In this document: positions 1-10,644 of the stretch, piece after piece | How positions within the stretch are numbered: position 1 is the stretch's first letter | Layout of the letters: the number at the start of each line of letters is the position of its first letter | Origin: Okamejei kenojei | Taxonomy: Eukaryota | Direction of reading: 5' to 3' | NCBI GenBank assembly: GCA_035221665.1 | Contig: CM069156.1 | Location: forward strand, 23,436,001 to 23,500,000 | Length of the DNA stretch: 64,000 bases | Made by a program: the position numbers and the translations under genes | Notes under the pieces: model-generated | Seen by the model: only the letters and a program-made list of their open reading frames with translations | What the model was told of the DNA's origin: nothing | Databases searched by the model: none

Positions 1-1675
1 CTCCAAGCAGCTACAGGTTTTGGCCGAGCACACCGCTGCCGATCCGGCTTTGCAGCAGCTTGCATCGGTGATTAAAGCAGGGTGGCCAACAAAGCGCTCC
101 GCCGCGCCATCTGAAACACAGCCTTTCTTCCTGGTCCGCGACGAACTGGTGCTCCAGGATGGCGTTATCGTCAAGGGACATAAAGTTGTGGTCCCGTCCT
201 CCCTGTTTGACTTTTACTTTTGTGCAGCCCACAGCGGACACCCTGGGGTCGATGCAACGATTGCCCACGCTCAGTGCCAATTCTATTGGCCTGGAATGGC
301 CAAATATATCCGAGACCGAGTTTCTGCCTGCTCCACGTGCAACAGTCTTGCGCCGCACCAGCAGCGACAGCCCCTGCTGCAACAGCCCGCCCCTGCTTTG
401 GCCTCGCTGGCTGCCGACATATTCGAGTGGCGTGGTAACCACTACCTTGTCCTGGTCGACTCGTACTCCAACTGGTTCGAAGTGGATTTGCTGACATCCC
501 TCACGTCGGAGATGGTGATCCGCAAGCTGCGGAAACACTTCTCCACTTTTGGGACCCCGGTCAGGCTGCAGACTGACAACGGCAGGCAGTTTACAAGCCG
601 AGAATTCAAAAGCTTTGCCGACAAGTGGAACTTCGTGCATTTCACCAGCAGCCCAGAGTACCCACAGAGCAACGGCCTAGCAGAACGGGCCGTCCGCAGC
701 GCCAAGCTTCTGATGGAACAGGCGCGACTATCCAATTCTGATTTGTATTTGGATCTCCTGAACCTCAGGAATGTTTCCAGGGATCCGGCCATGGGGTCCC
801 CTGCTCAGCGTCTGATGTCCAGAACTACCAGATCCACCGTCCCGATTGCCCAGCGCCAGCTGAAACCTCGGGTGCTGGAGCCCGCCTCCGTGCAGAGGCG
901 AATTCAAGAGAAACATGACAGCCAGCGGCGTTCCCACGATCGGTCGTGCAGACCACTCGATCCTCTGTTGCCCGGACAGGTTGTTCGTTTGCAGACCGCC
1001 AGTGGGCACTACCGTCTGGCCACCGTGGTTGGGGTGGCCGACTCACCTCGTTCGTATCTGGTCGACTGTGAGGGTTCCATCTACCGAAGAAGCCGACAAC
1101 ACCTGCTTGCGGTTAATGAGCCACAGCCGCAGCCCCCTGGGCCCTATGCCCCTCCACTCTCCTATCAGCAGCCGGCTGCCGCCCCGGCTGGTGTTCCTTG
1201 CATGCCTCGGTCCCCGTCGCGGGCGCCTGGTTCCCCTCTGCGCGGGTCCCCTGTTGCCGATCGCGGTTCTCCCTCTCCTGTTTCTCCCACCCCAATGCCC
1301 TTCCCTGGTTCCCCGGCTGCCTTGCGTCCTCCTGCTTCTTCTGCTCTTTCGGGGGGGAGGGGGAGACATCCGTACCGCTCGGGCAGGATCAGTAAGCCGC
1401 CTGTTCGCTACGGCGATTTCGTTTAATTCTGCTGTTTAATTCGGTTGTCGTGACAACAATCTGTTTTGTTGATTTCTAAGGGGAAGGATGTAGATGGTTT
1501 ATATGCAACCAATAATATAGTTACCTCACTCCCATTAACCCCGCCCAGTTAACATCAATCATAACGCCTTCCCCTCAGTAGGAAAATGTAGCCGGTGCTT
1601 GAAGGTGTGTGTAATACCCAGTGCTATCATTAAAAGATGTTGCACACTTAAGAGCTTGTAAAGTTTTCATTTACA
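1..1675 (+). mobile_element. Ty3/Gypsy LTR retrotransposon, 3' part (integrase, PPT, 3' LTR); continues off the left edge
   Basis: Integrase ORF to 1426; polypurine tract AAGGGGAAGGA at 1478-1488; LTR 1489-1675 bounded by TGTAGATG...CATTTACA. Confidence 0.9.
2..1426 (+). CDS. pol: Gypsy Pol C-terminal part (integrase with HHCC zinc finger, DDE core, Pro-rich tail); 5' partial
   Basis: ORF track 20..1426: H-SGH...CSTC zinc finger, LVDSYS, LQTDNGRQF, YPQSNGLAERAV; no internal stops. Confidence 0.9.
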   Translation, partial: SKQLQVLAEHTAADPALQQLASVIKAGWPTKRSAAPSETQPFFLVRDELVLQDGVIVKGHKVVVPSSLFDFYFCAAHSGHPGVDATIAHAQCQFYWPGMAKYIRDRVSACSTCNSLAPHQQRQPLLQQPAPALASLAADIFEWRGNHYLVLVDSYSNWFEVDLLTSLTSEMVIRKLRKHFSTFGTPVRLQTDNGRQFTSREFKSFADKWNFVHFTSSPEYPQSNGLAERAVRSAKLLMEQARLSNSDLYLDLLNLRNVSRDPAMGSPAQRLMSRTTRSTVPIAQRQLKPRVLEPASVQRRIQEKHDSQRRSHDRSCRPLDPLLPGQVVRLQTASGHYRLATVVGVADSPRSYLVDCEGSIYRRSRQHLLAVNEPQPQPPGPYAPPLSYQQPAAAPAGVPCMPRSPSRAPGSPLRGSPVADRGSPSPVSPTPMPFPGSPAALRPPASSALSGGRGRHPYRSGRISKPPVRYGDFV

Positions 1676-2029
1676 GCAGCCATTGCATTTTTTTATTCTA
1701 CACTTTCTCTGAGCTGCAAGATTACATTCTGCAATCTGTTTATTTCCTCCTTTGCAATGCCTCGTGCACTCAAGTATGGTATGAATTGCCTTGATAATAC
1801 ATTATCAGTAAACATGATGATTAAACTATGAAAAACTGTCATGATTTACCAAATCTAAGAGACCCTCGTTTATAAATATTTTAAAGAGTTATGATGCAAA
1901 AGAGAAGGTAAAAATGTTTTAAAAAATTTAGGAATGTAATTACAATTGACATTTATGGACCATTAACAGTAAACCATCCCCAAAATGACAAGTGAAAACC
2001 CAAGCACCAAGTTACATTAATTCTCGATT

Positions 2030-2592
2030 ACATATTGGAGACTGCAGGTATGTCATGGAGAACTCTCTCTAACTTCTAAAGGTGCACAGTAGAGAGCATG
2101 CTGACTGGATGCATCGTGGCTTGTTTCGGAAACTTGAACGCCGTGGAGCGGAAAAGGCTACAAAAAGTAGTAAACACTGCCCAGTCCATCATCGGTTCTG
2201 ACCTCCCTTCCATCGAGGGGATCTATCGCAGTCGCTGCCTCAAAAAGGCTGGCAGCATCATCAAGGACCCACACCATCCTGGCCACTCGCTACCTTCAGG
2301 TAGAAGGTAGAGGAGCCTGTAGACTGCAACGTCCAGGTTCAGAAATAGCTGCTTCCCCACAGCCATCAGGCTATTAAACTCGGCTTGGACAAAACGCTGA
2401 ACATTAATAGCCCATTATCTGTTTATCTGCGCTTTATCAGTTTATTTATTCATGTGTGTATATACTTATATAATGGTATATGGACACACTGATCTGTTCT
2501 GTATTCGTGCCTACTATGTTCTGGTGTACTAAAGCAAAGCAAGAATTTCATTGTCCTATCAGAGACATGACAATAAACTCTCTTGAATCTTG
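2030..2592 (+). mobile_element. Rex1/Babar-type LINE 3' fragment
   Basis: ORF 2098..2310 (LQKVVNTAQSIIG...IIKDPHHPGH) typical of the Rex1/Babar RT C-terminus; tail CAATAAA plus TCTTGAA repeats. Confidence 0.75.
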
Positions 2593-3545
2593 AAATGCTG
2601 GAATCTCGAGCAAAATGAGACTACTGGAGGAACGCGGCAAGTTAAGCAGCATCAAAACACCCCGACCTGAGACTTTGTCTGTCCATTTTCTTCCACAGAT
2701 GAGCAAGACCTGTTGAGTTCCTCCAACAGTCAGCTTTTTGCTTGATTTAAAAAACATTGTTGATTAAATAAATTACAATATTAAAGGCGGACACGCAGCT
2801 CAATTAATGCAAAGTTGTATGCATAAAGGCAAAGGATACCATATGTATTCAAAAAAGAATACATATTTAAATGAAGGGTCCCAACCCAAAATATACCATC
2901 TATCCATGTTCTCCAGCGATGCTGCCTGACCCACTGAGTTACTCCAGTACTTTGTGTCTTTTTTTCTATTTATAAGTGGTGCAGGTATTGGCATTTAAAA
3001 CAAAATCAGTACATCAAGCATTCATGGATGAATGTCCAGATGGTAAAATAACATTGAGCAGAAGACTAGCATTAAGTAATCTTGATCACAAAGTCTTACA
3101 AAAGCTGGGAGGATACAAGGAACTGTATGGACACTTGCTGAGCTCCTTGTTTTGTGCCTTAGTACACACTGCAACGTAATAAACATTACAACTCATCAGG
3201 CTGTCGACCAGATTAGAATCACATAGATTGGTTTCCCATTGTGTATATACACGCCAAATCAATTCTGGTACTGGGCCACCGACAATCACTTTGTCTCCCA
3301 ACTTGTATCAGCCATCGCATCTCCAAACTGCAGGCTGTACATTACAACGCAGGGTAATGCTGACACCTTTAAACATAGAAAGAGGCACTCACTCCCTAGG
3401 TTCCTACAAGGTAATTCCATGAATATATGTGTACAAATTCGTTGGCTGCGCCACATCCCAAAAGATCAATGTCCAGATAAACCAGCCGCAGTGATGGGGA
3501 GTGCAAATAACTCTTAACACTGTCGTGTCTGGGAATTGCACCGAG
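2505..3545 (+). repeat. Segmental duplication block, copy 1 (paralogous to 62740-63774)
   Basis: Collinear near-identity by eye; the same short ORFs occur in both copies (2976..3179 vs 63205..63408, 3086..3301 vs 63315..63530). Confidence 0.95.
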
Positions 3546-4178
3546 TCACTACAATGCAGCAACAAATGGAGAAACAGGCTGACGCTATAACTCATCTGGA
3601 AGTAACAACAGACACACTCCTTGCCGAGAACAAGCTTTTTATCAGATTTACTGCTTAAAGTAACTGAAAAATGTATTGACTTGGAGGGCCGTCAGAGAAG
3701 ACAGAACTTGAGAATCGTGGGCGTTCAAGAGGGTAAAGAAGGAAATGAAGATATCCGTGACTTTGCTGCAGACATATTAAAAACAGTCTTGAATTTAGAC
3801 CAAAAGCCCTTATTAGGGCGGACACACAGAGTTCTTGGACGTCGCTCGGACCCGAACGCCCCCCCCAGGCAGCTGATAGTGAAGGTCCAATATGATCACG
3901 TGTTGGAGGATATCATGTAAAAAATTGCTGGCACAAGAAATCTTATGTTTGATGGAGACAAAATAAGCATATTTCGAGACTACCCTGCAAAAGTGGTCAG
4001 AAGGAGAGCGTTATTCAACGAGACAAGAGGGATTCTATAGAAGATAGACAATTTGAAATATGGATTGTTGTACCCCGCAAGACTGCGAGTCACTTATCTG
4101 AAGAAGGAACACTTTTTCACTGATCACAAGAAAGCACTGGCGTATGCCCAGAAGATTGTGGGTTCGAGAGAGGATTGA
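3546..4178 (+). pseudogene. L1 ORF1p remnant (RRM and CTD), with stops
   Basis: ORF 3621..3920 plus continuation ISIFRDYP...YGLLYPARLRVT; stop at 3918-3920 and another near 4040. Confidence 0.85.
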
Positions 4179-4945
4179 ATAATTTACATATAATACCGTC
4201 ATCTTGCTGAGAATAAATGGAACTTTAATTCGTTATATTCAAGGACTATTGAAAGCTGATAACGACAATCGGGTTGTCCCCCCAATTAGGGACATATTAT
4301 TTTTTAAATATTTAGTACTAATTTTTTACTAACAATTACTAATCATCAAAAACACTTATTATTATTATTGGAATAACTAGTTAAATACATGATATGTTAA
4401 ATATAATAAACTAACAAATAAAAAGTTATAATTTAGATATCTTATTAATTGGAATTTATGATGTTCATCCTCATCTACATTAGACTAACACTTGACTAAT
4501 AACTAACTAAGAGAGTAATAGTCTTTCACTATATGATTACCAACACTCTGGTCCAAGATAGTTTTAATATAATCCCGTAAATTACTCATATTCAATTTTT
4601 TCTTGTAAGCATGGAGCTAGGAATAATTATATATTTTTATTTAATCTACGGAAGTCTTTAGATGGACAGCCACGTTAGTGTGGCTAGCACTTACTACATT
4701 AAATCTAGATGTAGTTTCTTCTTTCTTTTCACATTTTATTAATTTTCTATTTTTTTACTTTTTGTATTTTTTTCCTAATTATTACACTAATCTTGAATTT
4801 ATTTACAAATATTATTTGTGGAGATGTGTCTGTAAGGAGGATTTATGTGAATTAGAATTACAACTCGTTGGTCCAGGGTTCAGGTGGAAGGTTGGGACTA
4901 TGGTGCTGACCTACCTGCTCTCTTATAGACCACCCTAAAAGCAAG

Positions 4946-7900
4946 ATGCAAGACGTAAATAGAAAAAACGGGGGTCAAGGAATTACGTTTTGTAGTTGGA
5001 ATGTCAAGGGAGTTAATGAACCAATCAAGAGAGGTAAGGTATTAGCACACTTAAAATCACTCAAAGCAGACATAACGTTCCTTCAAGAGACTCACCTTAA
5101 AAAAGACGCACAACATAGATTGAAAGCAAAATGGATCGCTGAAACATATCACTCTTCATTTTCCCATAAGGCCAGAGGTGTCGCAATTTTAATTCGTAAA
5201 GGTATATCTTTTAAACATATATCAACTATAGCGGACATCAATGGTAGATATATTATACTGGTGGGTGAATTATATCACAAAAAAGTGATTTTTCTTAATA
5301 TTTATGGACCGAATTGTGATAATCCAATGTTTTTTAAGAATATACTTAATACCATTCCGGAGCTCACACAACATAATTTGATAATTGGTGGAGACTTAAA
5401 TTGTACATTAGGTTCCTATCTCGATAGATCAACAAGACAAAGAAAAGCAAAATCCAAATCAAGTGAATTATTAAACTCATATATTAATACCACCAATATC
5501 AAGGATGTTTGGAGAATTGAAAATCCATCCGGAAGAGAATACTCATTTTATTCTTCAGTACATAAAACTTATTCAAGGATAGACTACGTTTTAGTAGATT
5601 CTAAACTCATCCCATTTACTTATAATTCAAAATATCATAATATTATAATTTCAGATCATGCTCCATTAACATTCATGATCAAACTGAGTGATATGACTGA
5701 CAAGCAGACACAATGGAGACTTAATCCTCAAATTTTAAATGATAAAGCATGCTATGAATCTTATCAAACCGATAAGTATGTTTTTTGAGACAAATGACTG
5801 CCCTGAAATTTATGCCTCCCTTCTTTGGGAAACATTTAAAGCATTTATGCGAGGAGCGTTAATCTCCGCACAAGCCTTTCGTAATAAAGAGAATCGCGCC
5901 AAACAACTGGTATTGGAAATGGAAATAAGGCAATTAGATATGGAAAATGCAATCGCGCCTTCTATAATAATACATAATAAAATTGCTGCACTCAAATATA
6001 AGTTATACCAAATATATTCGGACCAATTCATAAAACTTTAACAAAAGACTAAACAATTACACTTTGAATTTGGAGATAAACCACAAAAATTATTGGCACG
6101 CCAAGTCCGGAAACAGTAAGGGGAAAATACAATATATAAAATTACATCAGATACGGGAGAAATATTAACATTACCCAAGGATATTAATGATAGATTCTCT
6201 CAATACTATCAAACACTTTATTCAACCAAAACGGCAGGGGGCTCTGTAGGAATGGAATTATTTTTACAGAATTGTAACCTTACTGGTTTAGATTTGAAAG
6301 AGAGGGAATTATTAGGGGCCGAAATATCAGTAAAAGATATTGAGGAATCTATTGATTCTTTAAAAAATGGAAAGGCCGCTGGACCAGATGGTTTAAATAG
6401 TGAATTTTATAAAAAAATTCATGACTTGATCTCGCCACGCCTACAGACATTATATACTCAAGCATTCATGCAACAGAAACTCCCAGAAACCTTAAATGAA
6501 TCTACTATAATACTTATTCCAAAAACGGATAAGGACCTTGAAGATCCAGGTTCATATAGAGCAATTGCTCTATTAAACATCGATCAGAAAATTTCAAACA
6601 AAATTTTACCACACAGATTAAGCTTAGTGATTTATAAATTAATACACACTGATCAAACTGGCTTTATTCCAAAAAGTTATTCATATTATAATTTGAGACG
6701 ATTATTCAACATTATATACTCAAATCGAATAGCTAATGAAGACTTAGCAGTCATCTCGCTAGACGCTGAGAAAGCATTCGGTCAAATTGAATGGCCCTAT
6801 TTATTTTCGGTAATAGAAAAATTTGAATTAGGTGAGAAGTTTTATACATGGGTTAAGCTTTTATATACCAATCCAACAGCCAGAATAATGACAAATCAAA
6901 TGTTATCAAAAAAAATTGATTTATCTAAAGGTTGTAGACAAGGATGCCCGTTATCACCATTTCTATTTGCCCTTGTTATAGAACCACTAGCAGAAAGAAT
7001 TCGAGCTCATCCAGAAATATATGGGTATAATACTAAAAATACAGTTAATAAAATTTCTCTATATGCAGATGATGTATTACTATATATTACAAATCCAGAA
7101 ATTAGTATCCCTAACCTGTTAAATCTTATAACTCAATTTGGTTTATTCTCGGGATATAGAATCAACTGGAAGAAGAGTGAGATTATGCCAATAATGGAAC
7201 CTAATGTATACATATTGCAACAATCACCTTTTAAAATAGTGAATGAAAAATTTAAATACTTAGGAGTCTATGTGACCAAGAAATATACTTCTTTATTTAA
7301 ATCAAATTTCGTACCTTTACTTAATAAATTGCATAAGAATATTCAATACTGGAAAACGCTTCCTATTTTAATGCTCGGTAAAATTAATGCAATTAAAATG
7401 ATTTTCCTTCCTCAACTTCTATACCTCTTCCAATCAATTCCAACATACCTCCCTAAAAATGTCTTTAAAAAAATGGACTCTATTGTAACAAGTTTTATTT
7501 GGAATTATAAGAATCACAGAATAACCAAATAATTATTTGTCATTATTCTGGCTGTAAATCTAAGACGAATGGAGGATTAGTCTTACCAAATTTCTTATTT
7601 TATTTCTGGGCAGTCAATGTCAAAAACTTAAATTTCTGGTTGGAAGATATGGATCAACAACCAGACTGGTTAAAGATGGAAAAGGAGGACTGTCTGCCAT
7701 TTGAAATTCGTCCGATTCTCCTATCCCCTACAAAATTGAACAAAAAGATCTATAGTGAAAATCCAATAATACATAGCGGTTTTCGAATTTGGAAACAAAT
7801 AAAAAAGACATTAAAACTGGATAATTTATCTCTTTCGCTCCCTATTGCAAATAACCCTTCATTTAAGCCTTCGGTATTGGATAAAGGCTTCACACAATGG

Positions 7901-8739
7901 AAAAACTATGGAATTAAAAAGATGGGACATCTCTATAGAAATGTTCCTCTCGTTTCTGGAGGTACAACAGAATTATGGATTACATTCAAATAATTTTTTT
8001 AGATATTTACAATTGAAAGATTATGTTAAATCACATACACAAGAATACAGAATTAGAGAGCCAGAGATTCTAGATGAATGTTTGAATAAACATCCCAACA
8101 CAGTCAAATTAATATCATATATTTACAATATTCTGTTAGATAGTGAGAATCCGTCGACGGAATCACATAGACAAGCATGGGAAAATGAATTAGTTCAACC
8201 CATAACTAAAGATATTTGGGATGAAAGCCTACAACATATACATCAATGTTCGTTAAACGCCAGACATTCTTTAATACAATTTAAAATATTACACATTGTA
8301 TTATTCTATAACAAAATTAAACAGAATTTTTCCTAATATCTCTCCTATCTGCGATAAATGTCAATACTCTGAGGCTAATTTAACCCATACCTTTGTAAAT
8401 TGCATAAAAATTAAAACATTTTGGGTGGATATTTTTTAAATTATTTCCGCACTGGTTAATATTCAACTGGATCCCGATCCTAAATTAATAATATTGGGCA
8501 TATCTGAACAATACCTAAAACTGACAATGAACCAAAGAAATTTCCTGGATTATAGTATAATAACTGGGAAAAAACTGATATTAAAATTTTGGAAAAACCC
8601 TGCATCCCCTACAATTAAAACGTGGATTATGGAGATGTCGGAGACCTTAAATCTGGAAAAAATTAGATTTGTCTTAATTGACAAACCTGAATTATTTATT
8701 AGAATATGGTCCCCGTTCATAGATTATTTGAAGGGGTAG
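4946..8739 (+). pseudogene. L1 ORF2p (APE endonuclease, RT, Cys-rich C-terminus), frameshifted
   Basis: SWNVKG, FLQETH, GGDLN, SRIDY, SDHAP; RT motifs GCRQGCPLSP and LYADD; split over ORFs 4946..5788, 5739..6041, 6252..7532, 7640..7993, 7845..8336, 8494..8739. Confidence 0.92.
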
Positions 8740-9129
8740 AATGGGCCAGCGCTGAAGCTCGACGGAAGCTTGAACCCAGGACTAGACTAATAGTTTTGTT
8801 TTCTTACCTACGGAACTATCTCCTAAGTTGTATTATAAAATTAAATTTAAAAAAAAAACTCTTAACACAGTTGTGTCTGGGATTTGCACCGAGGGACGGC
8901 GGTGGGAGGTGCAAGGGCGACGTCGGATGTGGTCCCAACGCCGGTACCTGCGGAAGGGGCTCCGTCGCCGTGACCACTGACCTTTCAAACCCAGCTGACT
9001 AGCGCGGGCCGTGGTCAGGGAGCGGGGGCGAGGTAATCCTGACTTTTCATCCACGGAAGCCCGGCGGCCATATTGCTGCGGGAGTGCGGGGCCTCCGCGC
9101 ATGCACCGCAGCTACGTCGCTACCTGAGA

Positions 9130-9345
9130 GATGAGCAGTGAGGGAAAGTGTGTTGAGAAACTTAACTGTCTGAGAGTGAGTGAGTGAGTGAGAGCAATTG
9201 AGCGAGTGAGAGCAATTGAGTGAGTGAAAGGGCAACTGAGCGATTGAGAGTGGAGCAGAATGAATGAGAGAGTAATTGAGCGAGTGTGAGATGCTGACAG
9301 AGAGTGGGAGATTGCCTGAGTAAGAAATTAAGTGCACAAGGGTGT
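9130..9345 (+). repeat. (GAGT)n-like low-complexity repeat
   Basis: GAGTGAGTGAG and GAGCAATTGAG units. Confidence 0.6.
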
Positions 9346-9399
9346 GAGAAAATGGCTGAAATGCTTCGAGAGACTGGCAATACCACACACTAACTCCGA

Positions 9400-10273
9400 G
9401 AAAGCCTTGATCCGCTGCAGTTTGCCGACCATTGCAACAGGTCCACAGCAGACACCATGTCCCTGTCCCTAAATTCATCTCTGGAACACCTAGACAATAA
9501 GGACACCTACATTGGACTTCAATGTTTTGACTTTGCCTACAACACCATAATCCCATCCCATCTCCAAACTCCTAGACCGAGGAGTCACAATCAGTGAGGA
9601 TAGGTGACAGCGCATCCTCCACAATAAATCTCAACGCCAGACTTCTCGGTCTGCCACTGTGCAACATCTGCACGGCACATCAGTGTTTTCCCAATCAAAG
9701 CATGCGTAAAACGCATTGAGCTCGTCAGGGAGTGATGCTTCGCTGACATTTGAGCTGCCTCCTGATTTCGCCTTGTAGGAGGTGTTTGCATTCAAGCCCC
9801 GCCGCAGTTGCCGAACATCCGTCTCATCCTCCAGCTCGGATCAGAAGTCCCTTTTGGCCTTTTTGATGGCCTTACCAAGGTCGTATCTGGACTTCTTGTA
9901 GACCTCTGCATTGTCCGACCTGAATGGCTGGGATCTGGTCTTCAGAAGAATGTGGATCTCATGGTTCATCCAAGGCTTCTGGTTAGGAAACACTTGGAAG
10001 GTTTTTGTTGGGATACAGTCCTCCACACATTTCTTTATGAACTCTGTAGCAACTGTGGCGTATTCATTCAGGTCCGTTGCCGAGTCCCTGAACATTGCCC
10101 AGTATACAGACTCCAAACAGTCCTGGAGTTGTTCCTCTGCCCCCTCCACCCGACCAGCTCTGTACAGTCCTCACCTCTGGGGATGCACTCTTCAATGGTT
10201 GGTATAGTCGGATTTACCAAAATGAGGGCAAGGGATAGAGCGATAGGCAACCTTGATGGTCGTGTAGCAGTGG
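9400..10273. mobile_element. Rex1/Babar LINE fragments in both orientations, abutting the ERV
   Basis: Minus-strand ORF 9841..10149 (FPNQKPWM...YDLGKAIKKAK); DHCYTTIK-like segment at the ERV junction; + strand RT fragment ~9400-9640. Confidence 0.75.
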
Positions 10274-10644
10274 TGTTAAGGCTCATTTTCTTAAAACAGA
10301 CAACTTACAATAAGTTAGGTAAAACCAATACAAGCTTTAATGATCATTTAGCTAGAGAGTGTTAGGAGATACAACGTCAAGCATACAGCAGATACTTAAC
10401 TCCTCCCAGGCCACCACTCCAATGAATGAAGACATACAGCATCTTTTTATAGTATTTCAGAAACATAGTCACATGTTCATACAGAGTTGCAGCAATTACG
10501 TCTAACATATCAATCACAGCTCTACCCATTCAAAGCATGCTTGTCACCAATACAATACTTCTCATGCTATGGTTATACCGATCACAAACTTTAGTTATGA
10601 AACTCCCAAATAACAGGAAGTTAGTCAAAGGCCTATCATCTGCA
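10274..10644 (-). repeat. ERV 3' LTR
   Basis: TG...CA ends; about 13 differences from the 16545-16915 copy by manual count; minus-strand TATAAAA (~10445-10451) and ATTAAA (~10336-10341). Confidence 0.92.

Larger units (their letters stand above)
3546..8856 (+). mobile_element. L1-clade LINE, 5'-truncated within ORF1, with poly(A) tail and 37-bp TSD
   Basis: ORF1 remnant (LEGRQRRQNLRIVG) to 4178; ORF2 4946-8739; A-tail ~8849-8858; TSD 3509-3545 and 8857-8893; empty site at 63738-63774. Confidence 0.95.

Noticed and set aside
11-1439. Overlapping antisense and alternative-frame ORFs over the Gypsy integrase
   Set aside because: Shadow ORFs of a GC-rich coding strand with no recognisable motifs.
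2976-3422. Exon-like segment (FMDECPDGKITL resembles neuronal calcium sensor/GCAP proteins) with plausible splice sites
   Set aside because: TAA TAA is in frame in both duplicate copies and no EF-hand motif follows; the similarity is too short to support a call.
8894-9125. GC-rich stretch as the ZDHHC promoter or first exon
   Set aside because: No ZDHHC-like coding sequence or linking splice signal is visible, so it cannot be supported from sequence alone.
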